DNA of 64,000 nucleotides from a virus: IMG/VR virus record IMGVR_UViG_3300045988_121070. One strand, written 5' to 3'. The translations under genes and the position numbers were made by a program. The notes beneath the pieces were generated by a model. That model saw only the letters and a program-made list of their open reading frames with translations. It was not told the DNA's origin and ran no database searches. Position 1 is the first letter of the stretch, and each line of letters opens with the position of its first letter. Positions 27,885 to 36,659 of the stretch are shown here, piece by piece.

Positions 27885-28523
27885 TTATGCGGGGTCAGGG
27901 AGAAGAGAGAAGCACTGCCATACAGACCAGGAGGTGCGGAGGCAGTCGTAAACGGCATTGTGGACGTTGCCATCGCCCGTATATTTAGGCAGGGCCTCGT
28001 AGATCTTAGAATGGTCGGCCAATGCCTCTTCGTTGGCAGCGAAATGGCTACCTATCTCGGCAATGAATGTACGAGCATCGCGATAGTTGTGGTATGGGAC
28101 AGGGAAGCGCTCTTCGAGGTTGTAGGTGCGCAATATGGTGCGCAAAACGCTGATATCGAAGTCGGAGCCTTGTGCCCAGAGGCAGAGCATGTCAGACTGC
28201 GTGGCCGTTTTTACCTCGTTGAGCCATTCGATGAAGTTAGAAAACACCTCCTGCAGCGGATAGCATTCGCCAGAGAGCACTTCGGCCTTTACCTCTTCCG
28301 GCTTTTCAGCCCACCACTTCACGGTAGATGGTGAGAAGTCGAACCCGTCGGCTACGCAAGAGCGGATATCCACCTTGCACTCGAACGGAGGGATATTGAT
28401 GGGAAACAACTCGTCAGCAGAGGACGCATGGCGATTGAAAACAACAGCAGCTATCTGTACGATGGCAGCATTGGAAGCCAATGACAGGCTTTCGAGGTCG
28501 AATGTAATATCAATCAGTTTCAT
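27885..28523 (-). CDS. DEDDh 3'-5' exonuclease
   Basis: Exo I ITFDLESLS, Exo II WAQGSDFDISVL, Exo III HNAVYDCLRT (H-x4-D). Confidence 0.75.
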   Translation of the reverse strand: MKLIDITFDLESLSLASNAAIVQIAAVVFNRHASSADELFPINIPPFECKVDIRSCVADGFDFSPSTVKWWAEKPEEVKAEVLSGECYPLQEVFSNFIEWLNEVKTATQSDMLCLWAQGSDFDISVLRTILRTYNLEERFPVPYHNYRDARTFIAEIGSHFAANEEALADHSKIYEALPKYTGDGNVHNAVYDCLRTSWSVWQCFSLLPDPA

Positions 28524-28539
28524 ATTTTTACTTTTAGTA

Positions 28540-28559
28540 CCCAGCCGAGAACGGCTGGG
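28540..28559 (+). repeat. A-module hairpin (intergenic)
   Basis: CCCAGCCGAGAACGGCTGGG. Confidence 0.85.
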
Positions 28560-28566
28560 ACGGTTG

Positions 28567-28956
28567 CTATACGTTTAGGAACTTATCAATGGTAAGCCAA
28601 TGGACTGAGCAGGGATGATGACGATGGAACGCTGCATCGATAAGTATGCGCATATCGTCCAGGCTGCAGAAGTGGTAGTTTGGTTCACAGAGTTTCACTG
28701 CCATGCGCCAATACCCCTTACCATTACGTTTGATGGTGTCATGCTCTTCGGTGATGACCACCTGACGGGCGATACCATTGCCATTGCCGATGAGGAAACG
28801 GAACACATCAGATAGCAGACGATGCGAAGCCCCACGAAAAAGGAAGAAAAGTTGTTCCTCGTTGGGACCCCGAAAGTCTGTTGTTGCCGCTATGATAAGA
28901 TGTCTGCGACGGTCTTTCAGCGGTCTGCCTGGTTTCCTTCGACATGGTTGTCTCAT
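28567..28956 (-). CDS. Hypothetical protein (129 aa)
   Basis: Its start overlaps the upstream stop (TAATG), which suggests translational coupling. Confidence 0.5.
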   Translation of the reverse strand: MRQPCRRKPGRPLKDRRRHLIIAATTDFRGPNEEQLFFLFRGASHRLLSDVFRFLIGNGNGIARQVVITEEHDTIKRNGKGYWRMAVKLCEPNYHFCSLDDMRILIDAAFHRHHPCSVHWLTIDKFLNV

Positions 28957-29426
28957 TATGTCTCACTTATGGCAGCTGCTTCACGTTCAAACTCCTGTAG
29001 GATGGTGAGTATTCCCACCCGTTCGTAGTCCGCCCAATCGTCGTTGGAGAACTTATTGATGACGGAGTTTGACCCCATGCCGAGTGTGTTCATGTGTTCC
29101 ATGAACAGTTTTTTCATGCCGATGGTCATGCCGAGCATACGATAGAACACGCCTTTTCCGTTGACCATATCATCGGGTGTAGGCTGAGACATATCCAGGT
29201 TGGGCGGAAAGATCTCCTCCTGATGTTGTGAGAGGAAGTCGCGCTTGATCTGGTCGATGCCTTTCAGTTCCCACTCCTTAAACCCAAAGCGGAAAAAGCG
29301 GTTGTAGGCCAGTCCCCACTTCATTTCATGGCGAAGCATGACCTCTGCCAACTGTTTTTTCTGAGTTGGTGTGAGGTCGTCGCACTGGAGGTGTGCCTCT
29401 GGCTGTTGTAACTTCTCAATAATCAT
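28956..29426 (-). CDS. Hypothetical protein (156 aa)
   Basis: Start taken at MIIEKLQQPE (29426), because the longer tracked ORF would overlap its own promoter. Confidence 0.55.
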   Translation of the reverse strand: MIIEKLQQPEAHLQCDDLTPTQKKQLAEVMLRHEMKWGLAYNRFFRFGFKEWELKGIDQIKRDFLSQHQEEIFPPNLDMSQPTPDDMVNGKGVFYRMLGMTIGMKKLFMEHMNTLGMGSNSVINKFSNDDWADYERVGILTILQEFEREAAAISET

Positions 29427-29459
29427 GTTGAACTTTGAAATATTTTTTGTAATTTTGCG

Positions 29460-29491
29460 CAAAGGTATAAATTTTAATTTGAAAAATCAAA
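29460..29491 (-). promoter_or_regulatory. Bacteroidota-type promoter (first gene of the minus block)
   Basis: The minus strand reads TTTG (29491-29488), a 20-nt spacer, then TACCTTTG (29467-29460). Confidence 0.55.
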
Positions 29492-29632
29492 GATTATATT
29501 AGTTTTTGTTAGAAATTTAACATTTTGATAAAATTTGATGTCAGTTTTTGGCGTTTATAAATTAAAGATTATATAAGGTATGAATGACGTGTGAGACTAC
29601 TTCTATTGTTAAATAAACATAAATAATTAGTT

Positions 29633-30427
29633 ATGGACTACAGTTTCAATTATGGTTTTCTGCGAGAGTTCAAAGAGGCCAACAAGTTATCGAAGAAAGA
29701 CCTGTTAGAGGCATTAGGGAGTTCAGATTATACGGGTATCAACAGATGGCTGGACGGGAAGACTCCTATCCATGTCACGGCGATGCTCAGGTTGTGTAAC
29801 TACTATAACATACCGATGAGCGGTTTTTTCTTCGACGGTGACGGAAGAAGTGTGCTGACCATTGAGCAGCCCACCAAGGATAGTCAGACGATGCCAACGG
29901 ACGGTTACGGTATCGGCAGTGGTGCGGGAAAGAGCATCATTGAGACGCGGGTCACGGAGCGCCAGATAAGCAGCAGGGCACAGGCAAAAGCGGTGACGGC
30001 AGGGCTGGAGCGCAAGGAACGGCTGTTGAAGAGAAGAGTGCAGGAGGAGGGGGCTGTAGCAGCGGCAGAGCCACTGCCTGCGGAGAAGGCAGCACCTCAG
30101 CCGAGAACGGCTGGGAGTAGTGATGGTGGCGAAGCAATCACCCCACACGAAGCCCATGATGCAGACCATAGTAGCGAGAGTGAGAGCGAGGCTATACTGC
30201 GACTGCGTTTGGAGCATACCAGGGAGATTATCAAGTTGGAGCGTGAGCACCATGACCGCGAAGACCACATCAGGAGGGACTGTCAGGCGAGCATTGACGC
30301 GGAGCGCAATCGGCTGATGGATATTATAGAGCGGCAGAATGCCGAGTTGACGAAGTTCTACCAAAGGAGTCACGGATGTGTGCCGATGATAGCGGCTGAT
30401 AACGGGCCGGAGGGGAGCGAGAAGTAA
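29633..30427 (+). CDS. XRE-family HTH regulator (candidate repressor) with a module-derived linker
   Basis: N-terminal LSKKDLLEALGSSDYTGINRWLDGKTPIHVTAMLRLCNYYNIPMSGFF is a Cro/CI-type HTH. The linker AAAEPLPAEKAAPQPRTAGSSDGG is encoded by D + A modules (30064-30115). Confidence 0.75.
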   Translation: MDYSFNYGFLREFKEANKLSKKDLLEALGSSDYTGINRWLDGKTPIHVTAMLRLCNYYNIPMSGFFFDGDGRSVLTIEQPTKDSQTMPTDGYGIGSGAGKSIIETRVTERQISSRAQAKAVTAGLERKERLLKRRVQEEGAVAAAEPLPAEKAAPQPRTAGSSDGGEAITPHEAHDADHSSESESEAILRLRLEHTREIIKLEREHHDREDHIRRDCQASIDAERNRLMDIIERQNAELTKFYQRSHGCVPMIAADNGPEGSEK

Positions 30428-30428
30428 C

Positions 30429-30482
30429 GGCGATGCAATCGCCTTGCAAAGGACGAGACAGAACCGCTGGAGAAACCAGCGG
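30429..30482 (+). repeat. Mosaic palindromic element (C + B modules)
   Basis: GGCGATGCAATCGCC TTGCAAAGGACGAGACA GAA CCGCTGGAGAAACCAGCGG. Confidence 0.85.
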
Positions 30483-30686
30483 ACACCCTGGTGGATAGAA
30501 AAACCGCCTGCTGTGTCATCGCGACAGGGCAGGCGGCAACCTTAAAATCTAATACCATGAATTACATTCGATATTTAACCTTATGTCACAAAGTCACACT
30601 TGACGATGTTGCGGTATAAACTACTACTAAATACTAAAACAAATCATTTACTTAATAACTAAATTTTTAATCGTATGAGGTGAAGT

Positions 30687-31547
30687 TTAGTTGTCACGCT
30701 GGCGTTTGGCTGCATTCATGTTACAGATGAAATTTCCCTCGGTGGTGGGGTGCAGTCCCTCAGCATGGCAGGGGTACTCGGTACCAATGAAGAAAGTTTC
30801 ACCATGCAGGAAGAATTGCGGAGTAACATTAAGCGTCACGCTGTGGCCGGTGGTAGCCGGTCGCATATCGAGCATCGCCATGAGGGGATAGATCTCTACG
30901 ACGGGAAGAGCCTGGCGGTCTTTCTCAGCGCGGATAGCCTTGCGGAGCCACTGGGGGCAGTCGGCAGCGGTGTTGATGCGTGAACGACTGGGTGGCACAG
31001 CGGACTTTTTGCCAGCGGGAGAACCGCTGGGCGCACTATCATCGCCATAGAACTGAAGGAAAGAGACGAAGGTGTAGCGGGACATACGCTCATCGAGCGC
31101 ATTCATGTCAGCCTTGCGGTCGCCGGTGCCTTTGAACTTAGCAATGGCAGCCCACTGGTCAAAGGTCTTCATCTGTTTAACTTCCTGCCAGGAGAGGTGC
31201 TTACGGGAGTAAGTCTTATCCCATGTATCGGATGGATGGAAGCGGTCATCGGGTATGATAAGCACGTCGGAGCGATACATGCAGTTAGGTTCGTAGAGAT
31301 CGGTGCCCTCGGCATCCGTCAGTTTTTTACGCCACACACGAGTATCGGGTGTGCGGTCGAAGATGAGGTAATCTACCCCACCCTCAAAGTATTGCACAGG
31401 AGCCTCGTAAGACGAAGCGCCATACTTGCGAGCATAGTCATCAGCACGGGAAGCGGCACGGAGTACATTGTCCCAATATTTTTGGAGCTGCTTTCCGATG
31501 GTGCTATACATGTCGCACTGGTAGTAGTGTTTAATTTTTGACATCAT
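30687..31547 (-). CDS. Hypothetical protein (286 aa)
   Basis: Long ORF with a promoter-like TACCTTTG box upstream (31624-31617). An internal B module (31010-31030) is translated as APSGSPAGKK. Confidence 0.6.
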   Translation of the reverse strand: MMSKIKHYYQCDMYSTIGKQLQKYWDNVLRAASRADDYARKYGASSYEAPVQYFEGGVDYLIFDRTPDTRVWRKKLTDAEGTDLYEPNCMYRSDVLIIPDDRFHPSDTWDKTYSRKHLSWQEVKQMKTFDQWAAIAKFKGTGDRKADMNALDERMSRYTFVSFLQFYGDDSAPSGSPAGKKSAVPPSRSRINTAADCPQWLRKAIRAEKDRQALPVVEIYPLMAMLDMRPATTGHSVTLNVTPQFFLHGETFFIGTEYPCHAEGLHPTTEGNFICNMNAAKRQRDN

Positions 31548-31698
31548 CTTAGTTTTTAGGGTTCTGCGATAGGAACACAGGATAAAAAAACGGTACTACT
31601 TTATTGTTTTCGGGGGCAAAGGTACATAAAATTTTTGAGAAAAACGGATTTTATATTTGGGATTTTCATAAAAATTACAAAATAAACCTTAGTTTTAA

Positions 31699-31728
31699 TT
31701 TGTAATTATAAAATTATTTGTACCTTTG
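31699..31728 (+). promoter_or_regulatory. Bacteroidota-type promoter for the plus-strand block
   Basis: TTTG at 31699-31702, an 18-nt spacer, then TACCTTTG at 31721-31728, about 30 nt upstream of the ATG at 31758. Confidence 0.5.
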
Positions 31729-31757
31729 CCAAAGTTTATATAAGTTTTATCAACGAT

Positions 31758-32084
31758 ATGGGTAAGAAAAAGAAAGATGTTTTTGAAGAAGCCAAGGAAG
31801 AGGGCGCGTCGTTAGAGGATTTTGTCATCCCCCAGAAGATTGATGCGTTCGTGGATGCCTTTCAGCCAGTGGAAGAAGAGTCGGTGGCTACGCTATTCTT
31901 TGACGAGACGAAGTTGCGAACTTTCTTCAAAGCCTACCCCACAAAGTTAGGAGACCCGCTGACGATTTATCTGAGCCGTCTGGAGGACAAAGGGTTTGTG
32001 ATGCGCGTGGGCATGATGAATGAGCCTGCCATCTTTGTGACGGAGCGAGCTGTGGGCGGCGTAGCGCTGATAGACTCTATATAA
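31758..32084 (+). CDS. Hypothetical protein (108 aa)
   Basis: First ORF after the plus-strand promoter. Confidence 0.55.
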   Translation: MGKKKKDVFEEAKEEGASLEDFVIPQKIDAFVDAFQPVEEESVATLFFDETKLRTFFKAYPTKLGDPLTIYLSRLEDKGFVMRVGMMNEPAIFVTERAVGGVALIDSI

Positions 32085-32093
32085 TATAAACAA

Positions 32094-32127
32094 GGTGGCG
32101 ATGCAATCGCCACATACAATTAAAAAA
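32094..32127 (+). repeat. C-module element
   Basis: GGTGGCGATGCAATCGCCAC ATACAAT. Confidence 0.8.
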
Positions 32128-32166
32128 GAGCTGCCATGACGTAGCAGCACAAAGAACGGAAGACAG

Positions 32167-32604
32167 ATGGTAGTACACCGATTTATGAGTAATGAAGAGT
32201 GGCGACGGTTGCAAGCCGGACAGCTGCTGGTGAATGAGAGCAAGCACAGAGGCTTTCGTTCAGAGAGTCGTGGTTTTTGTTTTACAACGGATGATCCGAA
32301 AGAAGCCATCCACTACCTGAGCGGCAATGTCGATACGGATGTATGTGTAACGATGGAGGTGCCGGAGGGGATGCTTCGTAAAACAAAGGCCATTTACCGT
32401 GACCATAAGCAAGACATAAACATGATGGCGCTGCCTACCTGTCTGGATGACGTACCCCACCTGACGAAGACGGAATACTGCTGTACGCGGTACTCGCTGA
32501 AAAAAGTCAAGGTGATAGCATCGACGACAGAGTTTGCCGGTGTGCCTGGTATTAAAGAGACGGCTGCCATGATGCGGGCGTTAGGGTACAGGAGAAACGG
32601 ATAG
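32167..32604 (+). CDS. Hypothetical protein (145 aa)
   Basis: ORF between two C-module elements. Confidence 0.55.
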   Translation: MVVHRFMSNEEWRRLQAGQLLVNESKHRGFRSESRGFCFTTDDPKEAIHYLSGNVDTDVCVTMEVPEGMLRKTKAIYRDHKQDINMMALPTCLDDVPHLTKTEYCCTRYSLKKVKVIASTTEFAGVPGIKETAAMMRALGYRRNG

Positions 32605-32608
32605 GAAC

Positions 32609-32661
32609 GGCGAGGCAATCGCCGAACAATAAACGAAACAAGACCCAGCGCTGAAGCGCGG
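32609..32661 (+). repeat. Mosaic palindromic element (C module + ACGAAACA + A-variant)
   Basis: GGCGAGGCAATCGCC GAACAATAAACGAAACA AGA CCCAGCGCTGAAGCGCGG. Confidence 0.85.
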
Positions 32662-32671
32662 ACACAGAACG

Positions 32672-33487
32672 ATGATGACACTCAAAGAGGCATACGAACA
32701 ATGGGGAAAACTGAAGGAACGGCAGACGCTCTATATCAAGACGCGGAATGCCTTTATGCAGGTGTGGAAGAAGTTGGACTTTTCCATTCCTTGTAAGGAG
32801 GTGACGCTGGCGGTGCTGAGAGAGGCCCTGGCAAAACGCGGACCTGTCTATGCAGAAGATAAAGTACGGGCGGCGAGCGTGATGGTGCATGTGCTGACCT
32901 TTGCCCATCAAGAGCAACCGCAAGAATGCCCCATGCCGAGGTTCGACTATAGTGCGCTACTGAAAGATGCAGAGACGATGCCTCTGCCTGCGGAAAAGGA
33001 GCAGAAAGAACGGAAAGCGTTAAAATTGGAACAGAAAAAGCCGAAATTGGAACGAAAAGTGTTAAAATCAGAACAAAATACGCCAGATATGGAACAAAGG
33101 AAACAAACACGGGTGACACCGAAGATACCCTACCAGGGTGAGCGAGACACGTTAGGAAGAAGTAAGAACCGAGCCAAGCGCAAGGTGGCACAGATAGATC
33201 CCTCGACGCTGAAGATTGTCAGGGTGTGGGACTCCATGGGTGCTGCAGAGAACGGGCTGGGCATCAGGAACGTCACCAGAGCTATTGATAAGAAGCGCAT
33301 GGCTGGAGGGTTCTACTGGTGTGATGAAAAGGATGCTGCCACCTTTGAGCCGAGAGAAGACATGAGAGGGCGTAAGAGCGGACCGCTGAGAAACCAGCAG
33401 GAGCAGCGACAGAGCCACTGCCTACGGAACAAAAGACCAGCAAGGATGACGAAGACGTGGCGAATGCGCCAGAAGCCGAGGACATAG
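32672..33487 (+). CDS. Hypothetical DNA-binding-like protein (271 aa). The C-terminal 40 aa are probably out of frame.
   Basis: A KxEQK repeat region, then IDPSTLKIVRVWDSMGAAENGLGIRNVTRAIDKKRMAGGFYW (NUMOD1/HTH-like). The Arg-rich tail begins where the B/D modules start (33384-33421). Confidence 0.5.
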   Translation: MMTLKEAYEQWGKLKERQTLYIKTRNAFMQVWKKLDFSIPCKEVTLAVLREALAKRGPVYAEDKVRAASVMVHVLTFAHQEQPQECPMPRFDYSALLKDAETMPLPAEKEQKERKALKLEQKKPKLERKVLKSEQNTPDMEQRKQTRVTPKIPYQGERDTLGRSKNRAKRKVAQIDPSTLKIVRVWDSMGAAENGLGIRNVTRAIDKKRMAGGFYWCDEKDAATFEPREDMRGRKSGPLRNQQEQRQSHCLRNKRPARMTKTWRMRQKPRT

Positions 33488-33684
33488 CAAACGCTGTGGA
33501 GAGAGACATTGACGATTTTATCGGCGGGTTCGGACATGGGGCTGTGCAGCCTGGAAAAACGGCTGTTGCCCCTACCCTTTCGGAGTTTACGGATAAGGAG
33601 CTGATAGACGAAGTACAGAGACGTGGCTGGAAGGGTGACGTGACACTGAAGGTAGATAACGTAGAAGTAAAGATTACACTATAA
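33457..33684 (+). CDS. Hypothetical acidic protein. Its frame is open from 33376 and it may be a -1 continuation of 32672-33487.
   Basis: Frame B reads ERTAEKPAGAATEPLPTEQKTSKDDEDVANAPEAEDIANAVERDIDDF.... It has no ATG, only a GTG at 33457. Confidence 0.4.
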   Translation: MANAPEAEDIANAVERDIDDFIGGFGHGAVQPGKTAVAPTLSEFTDKELIDEVQRRGWKGDVTLKVDNVEVKITL

Positions 33685-33698
33685 CTATCAATAGCGAT

Positions 33699-35432
33699 AT
33701 GGGAGGACTACATGACATCAAGAAAAAGGACTGGGAGCGGCTGTTGAAAAAGAACGGCTTTGTGCTCGACAGGACTAACAAGCACCATGTGTGGAAGCAC
33801 CCTGACGGGCGAACGATACCCGTGGCCAACAGTGGGGTAAATCCGTGCATCGCCAGGAGAATGGTCAAAGAGTTCCATTTGGAGGGTGCGCCCTTTGGAT
33901 GGAGTGACCGCATAGAGAACACCGAGTCTGAGACCAAAGCGAAACCTACGACGCAGTGGCAGGATCAGTTGCAAAAGGCTCAGGTGGCTCTTGCTGAAAA
34001 GGAGGAGAAGAGCCTACGCGACTGGGAGCAGCAGGCGCTGGAAGCATCGAAACGCTACGAGGAACAGCAGCGGGAGGAGAAACCCGCCGGAGAACCGACG
34101 GGAGTGGTAGCGAGCAAGGCGACAGCTACCAGCGGTGGAACCGCTGGACGCAGTGAGAACGAGGAAGCAGCGGCAGAGCCACTGCCTACGGAGAAGAGCA
34201 GCCGAGAGACTCCAGCAATGAAACGCGGAGAGGCTGCGATGGTATCAAAGCATACGGGACAGAATAACGACTTTACCTTAGAAAACTTATATATGAATGA
34301 TCAGAGACTAAAGAAATTCCACGAGTACCTTTGTGCGGTTGTGGAGTATTATCAGCAGAACAAATCGCTGAAGAATTTTTCGGCACTGGCAAAACAGTAC
34401 CAAGTGAAAGCCATTACGCAGGAGCAGTTCTACCAGAGTAAGTTGGATGAATTGAAGCCTGGTCAGAAACCCGACCGTCAGACATCGGATAAGATACGCA
34501 TGATGATGGCGGAGGAGGACTTAAAGCGCCGGCAGAACATGTTGGCATCGTTCCTGAAGGCTCAGGAAGAACAGGATGCCGAGGGTGGTGTGATAGAAGC
34601 TGCTGAGGTAAAGATGCCTACGTTGGCAGAACGCATAGACACCTTCGAGGCACGGTTTGACTTGTTAGGTCCTGTGTTCTCCACTATCATCGGTGAGGTG
34701 TATGACCGTTTCCGCAAGGAGTTTGGTGAGTCAACGAGTGACCTATTAGGCAGAGACAGTGCATCGGTGCGTCTGGATCCATGGCCATACATGAAAGACT
34801 GGGCCGAGTGTGTGGAATTTGACCTGACAAAGATGGTCTTTGACAAAGCAGAGCCGGAAGAGGTCAAAGCACTGTTGCCTACATGGAATGAGAAGATACT
34901 GCATGGTTATCTGACCTGGTTGTATGGCGGCAAAGACGGAAGACAGTTGAAGTTGCACTTTGACGAGCGTGGCAATGATGGTGGCGACAATGAGCAGCTG
35001 ATAGAGTTGCTGCGTGACCAGGGCCTGCTGGAGAACATGCTCTTTGTGAAGTTAGAGTCGTGGAAAGGTGTTGCGCTGTGTGCTGCTATCTATCAGGATG
35101 CACCCGACGTGCTGATGGTTATCAATGAGGACACGGTGAAGTTCTATACCATAGAGGATAACATCTGGTATTCGGCAGGAGGTGACACTATTATCAATCC
35201 TGAAAACAACTTAGGCTTTGGCGGTTATGGCACCCGTACCATCGTGGGTAAGTGTCTGCGTCAGATGCTGAATGATGAGAACCACAAGGCGGCACTCATG
35301 GAGCAGAAGAACGTGACGAAGCCGATGCGTGGTAAGCTGATGAATGACATCAACCATTACCGTGACATCTGGAACATGTATCACGAGGAATGGGAGAAGA
35401 AACGTAACAGTACGATGCTGGACTTTGGATAA
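33699..35432 (+). CDS. HicA-like N-terminal domain fused to a large domain of unknown function (577 aa)
   Basis: KDWERLLKKNGFVLDRTNKHHVWKHPDGRTIPVANSGVNPCIARRMVKEFHL resembles HicA/YcfA toxins. The linker (34083-34261) is built from B, B, D and C modules. Confidence 0.6.
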   Translation: MGGLHDIKKKDWERLLKKNGFVLDRTNKHHVWKHPDGRTIPVANSGVNPCIARRMVKEFHLEGAPFGWSDRIENTESETKAKPTTQWQDQLQKAQVALAEKEEKSLRDWEQQALEASKRYEEQQREEKPAGEPTGVVASKATATSGGTAGRSENEEAAAEPLPTEKSSRETPAMKRGEAAMVSKHTGQNNDFTLENLYMNDQRLKKFHEYLCAVVEYYQQNKSLKNFSALAKQYQVKAITQEQFYQSKLDELKPGQKPDRQTSDKIRMMMAEEDLKRRQNMLASFLKAQEEQDAEGGVIEAAEVKMPTLAERIDTFEARFDLLGPVFSTIIGEVYDRFRKEFGESTSDLLGRDSASVRLDPWPYMKDWAECVEFDLTKMVFDKAEPEEVKALLPTWNEKILHGYLTWLYGGKDGRQLKLHFDERGNDGGDNEQLIELLRDQGLLENMLFVKLESWKGVALCAAIYQDAPDVLMVINEDTVKFYTIEDNIWYSAGGDTIINPENNLGFGGYGTRTIVGKCLRQMLNDENHKAALMEQKNVTKPMRGKLMNDINHYRDIWNMYHEEWEKKRNSTMLDFG

Positions 35433-35451
35433 ACCCTATAATACCTATAAT

Positions 35452-35586
35452 ATGAATAAGACTATTGAGAACCAGATTATCTCTCTGCATAAAGAGGGCT
35501 GGAAAGTAGAGAACATCGCGAGCCTTGCCAAGGTGAAGCCGGCGAGAGTGAAAGCCATTCTTAGAGAGAAAAACCTGTTGATGTGA
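35452..35586 (+). CDS. Small HTH-like protein (44 aa)
   Basis: MNKTIENQIISLHKEGWKVENIASLAKVKPARVKAILREKNLLM. Its stop overlaps the next start (TGATG). Confidence 0.45.
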   Translation: MNKTIENQIISLHKEGWKVENIASLAKVKPARVKAILREKNLLM

Positions 35587-36184
35587 TGAGCGAGAATAAA
35601 GACTGGGTAGGTGGCAGAGCTTCGGTGTTCAAGACATTGGGGGCGAGTAACCACACGGACCATGAACGTGCGTGGGGTGACTATTATGCCACCGAACCCA
35701 AAGCGACGGAATGGCTGCTGAAGTTGGAGCAGTTTGACGGTCCCATTCTGGAACCGGCATGTGGCGAGGGACATATCTCGAAAGTGCTGATTAGGGGGGG
35801 CAAAACGTCACTTCGCGAGACATCATCGACAGAGGCTATGGCGAGGTGGCCGACTTCCTGGCCATCGACAACCAGGAATGGAACGGGAACATCGTCACCA
35901 ATCCGCCATACGCCTATGCTCAGGAGTTTGTGGAGAAGGCGCTGCAGATTATCCCAGACGGGAAAAAGGTGTGTATGTTTTTGAAGCTAACCTTTTTGGA
36001 GGGGAAGCAGAGAAAGCACCTTTTCAGGACCCAGCCACCTGCAAGGGTATGGGTGAGTTCGTCGAGACTGCTATGTGCCATGAATGGTGAGTTTGATAAG
36101 ATCAGCGGGAGCGCTACGGCCTATGCCTGGTTTGTGTGGGTAAAGGGCTATAAGGGCGAGACGGTGATTAAGTGGTTTAACTGA
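35586..36184 (+). pseudogene. DNA N6-adenine methyltransferase (NPPY), split at a G7 tract (8 needed)
   Basis: YATEP...ILEPACGEGHISKVLIRGG, then a frame break at 35793-35799. With 8 G it continues QNVTSRDIIDRGYGEVADFLAIDNQEWNGNIVTNPPYAYAQEF... Confidence 0.75.
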
Positions 36185-36188
36185 GGAC

Positions 36189-36220
36189 GGCGATGCAATC
36201 GCCTTGCAACAAACGAAACA
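36189..36220 (+). repeat. C-module element
   Basis: GGCGATGCAATCGCC TTGCAACAAACGAAACA, 10 nt upstream of the next ATG. Confidence 0.85.
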
Positions 36221-36229
36221 TTGAGAGCT

Positions 36230-36397
36230 ATGGAAAATTTGATGTTACTCTGTCATGGGGAGCGCTGCCTGTTGAAGCAGAGCTGTGAGCGCTTTCAGCA
36301 GGCGACGGCATTCTGTCCGCAAAGGGCAAAAGACGATGAACCGACATTCGTTGACCACTGCGACGAAGAGGAGCGGGAGTTATATGTGACAAAATAA
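36230..36397 (+). CDS. Small Cys-rich protein (55 aa, below the ORF-track cutoff)
   Basis: MENLMLLCHGERCLLKQSCERFQQATAFCPQRAKDDEPTFVDHCDEEERELYVTK, translated by hand. Confidence 0.35.
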   Translation: MENLMLLCHGERCLLKQSCERFQQATAFCPQRAKDDEPTFVDHCDEEERELYVTK

Positions 36398-36460
36398 GGC
36401 GGTTGAAAACTGCTTAATTTGACAAAAATGTAAAAATAAGACGGTTGAAAAGTGCTTAAT
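36391..36460 (+). promoter_or_regulatory. Two 28-nt direct repeats (operator-like)
   Basis: AAAATAAGGCGGTTGAAAACTGCTTAAT (36391-36418) and AAAATAAGACGGTTGAAAAGTGCTTAAT (36433-36460). Period 42 nt, 2 mismatches. Confidence 0.4.
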
Positions 36461-36476
36461 ATGCCAAACAAAAAGG

Positions 36477-36659
36477 ATGAATAATAACGAGACGAGGATG
36501 CAGCGACTGGTGAGATTAACGACAATGGCAGGGAAACTCTATATGAGGGACCTGGTGGAGGTTTCGACGGTGAGCAACATCCATCTGAACAGATACCGGC
36601 AGCTGGCAACGGCAGCACGGGAGGAATGGAACAAGAATAAGAGAAGGAAGGCATGTTAG
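36477..36659 (+). CDS. Hypothetical small protein (60 aa)
   Basis: ORF overlapping the start of the downstream methyltransferase gene. Confidence 0.4.
   Translation: MNNNETRMQRLVRLTTMAGKLYMRDLVEVSTVSNIHLNRYRQLATAAREEWNKNKRRKAC

Noticed and set aside
36189-36220. The C-module flank CGAAAC after a hairpin resembles the hammerhead ribozyme core (stem II, then CGAAAC).
   Set aside because: No copy has a CUGAUGA box upstream of the hairpin or a plausible stem I/III with a cleavage triplet. The hairpin-to-GAAAC spacer (10-12 nt) does not fit the motif.
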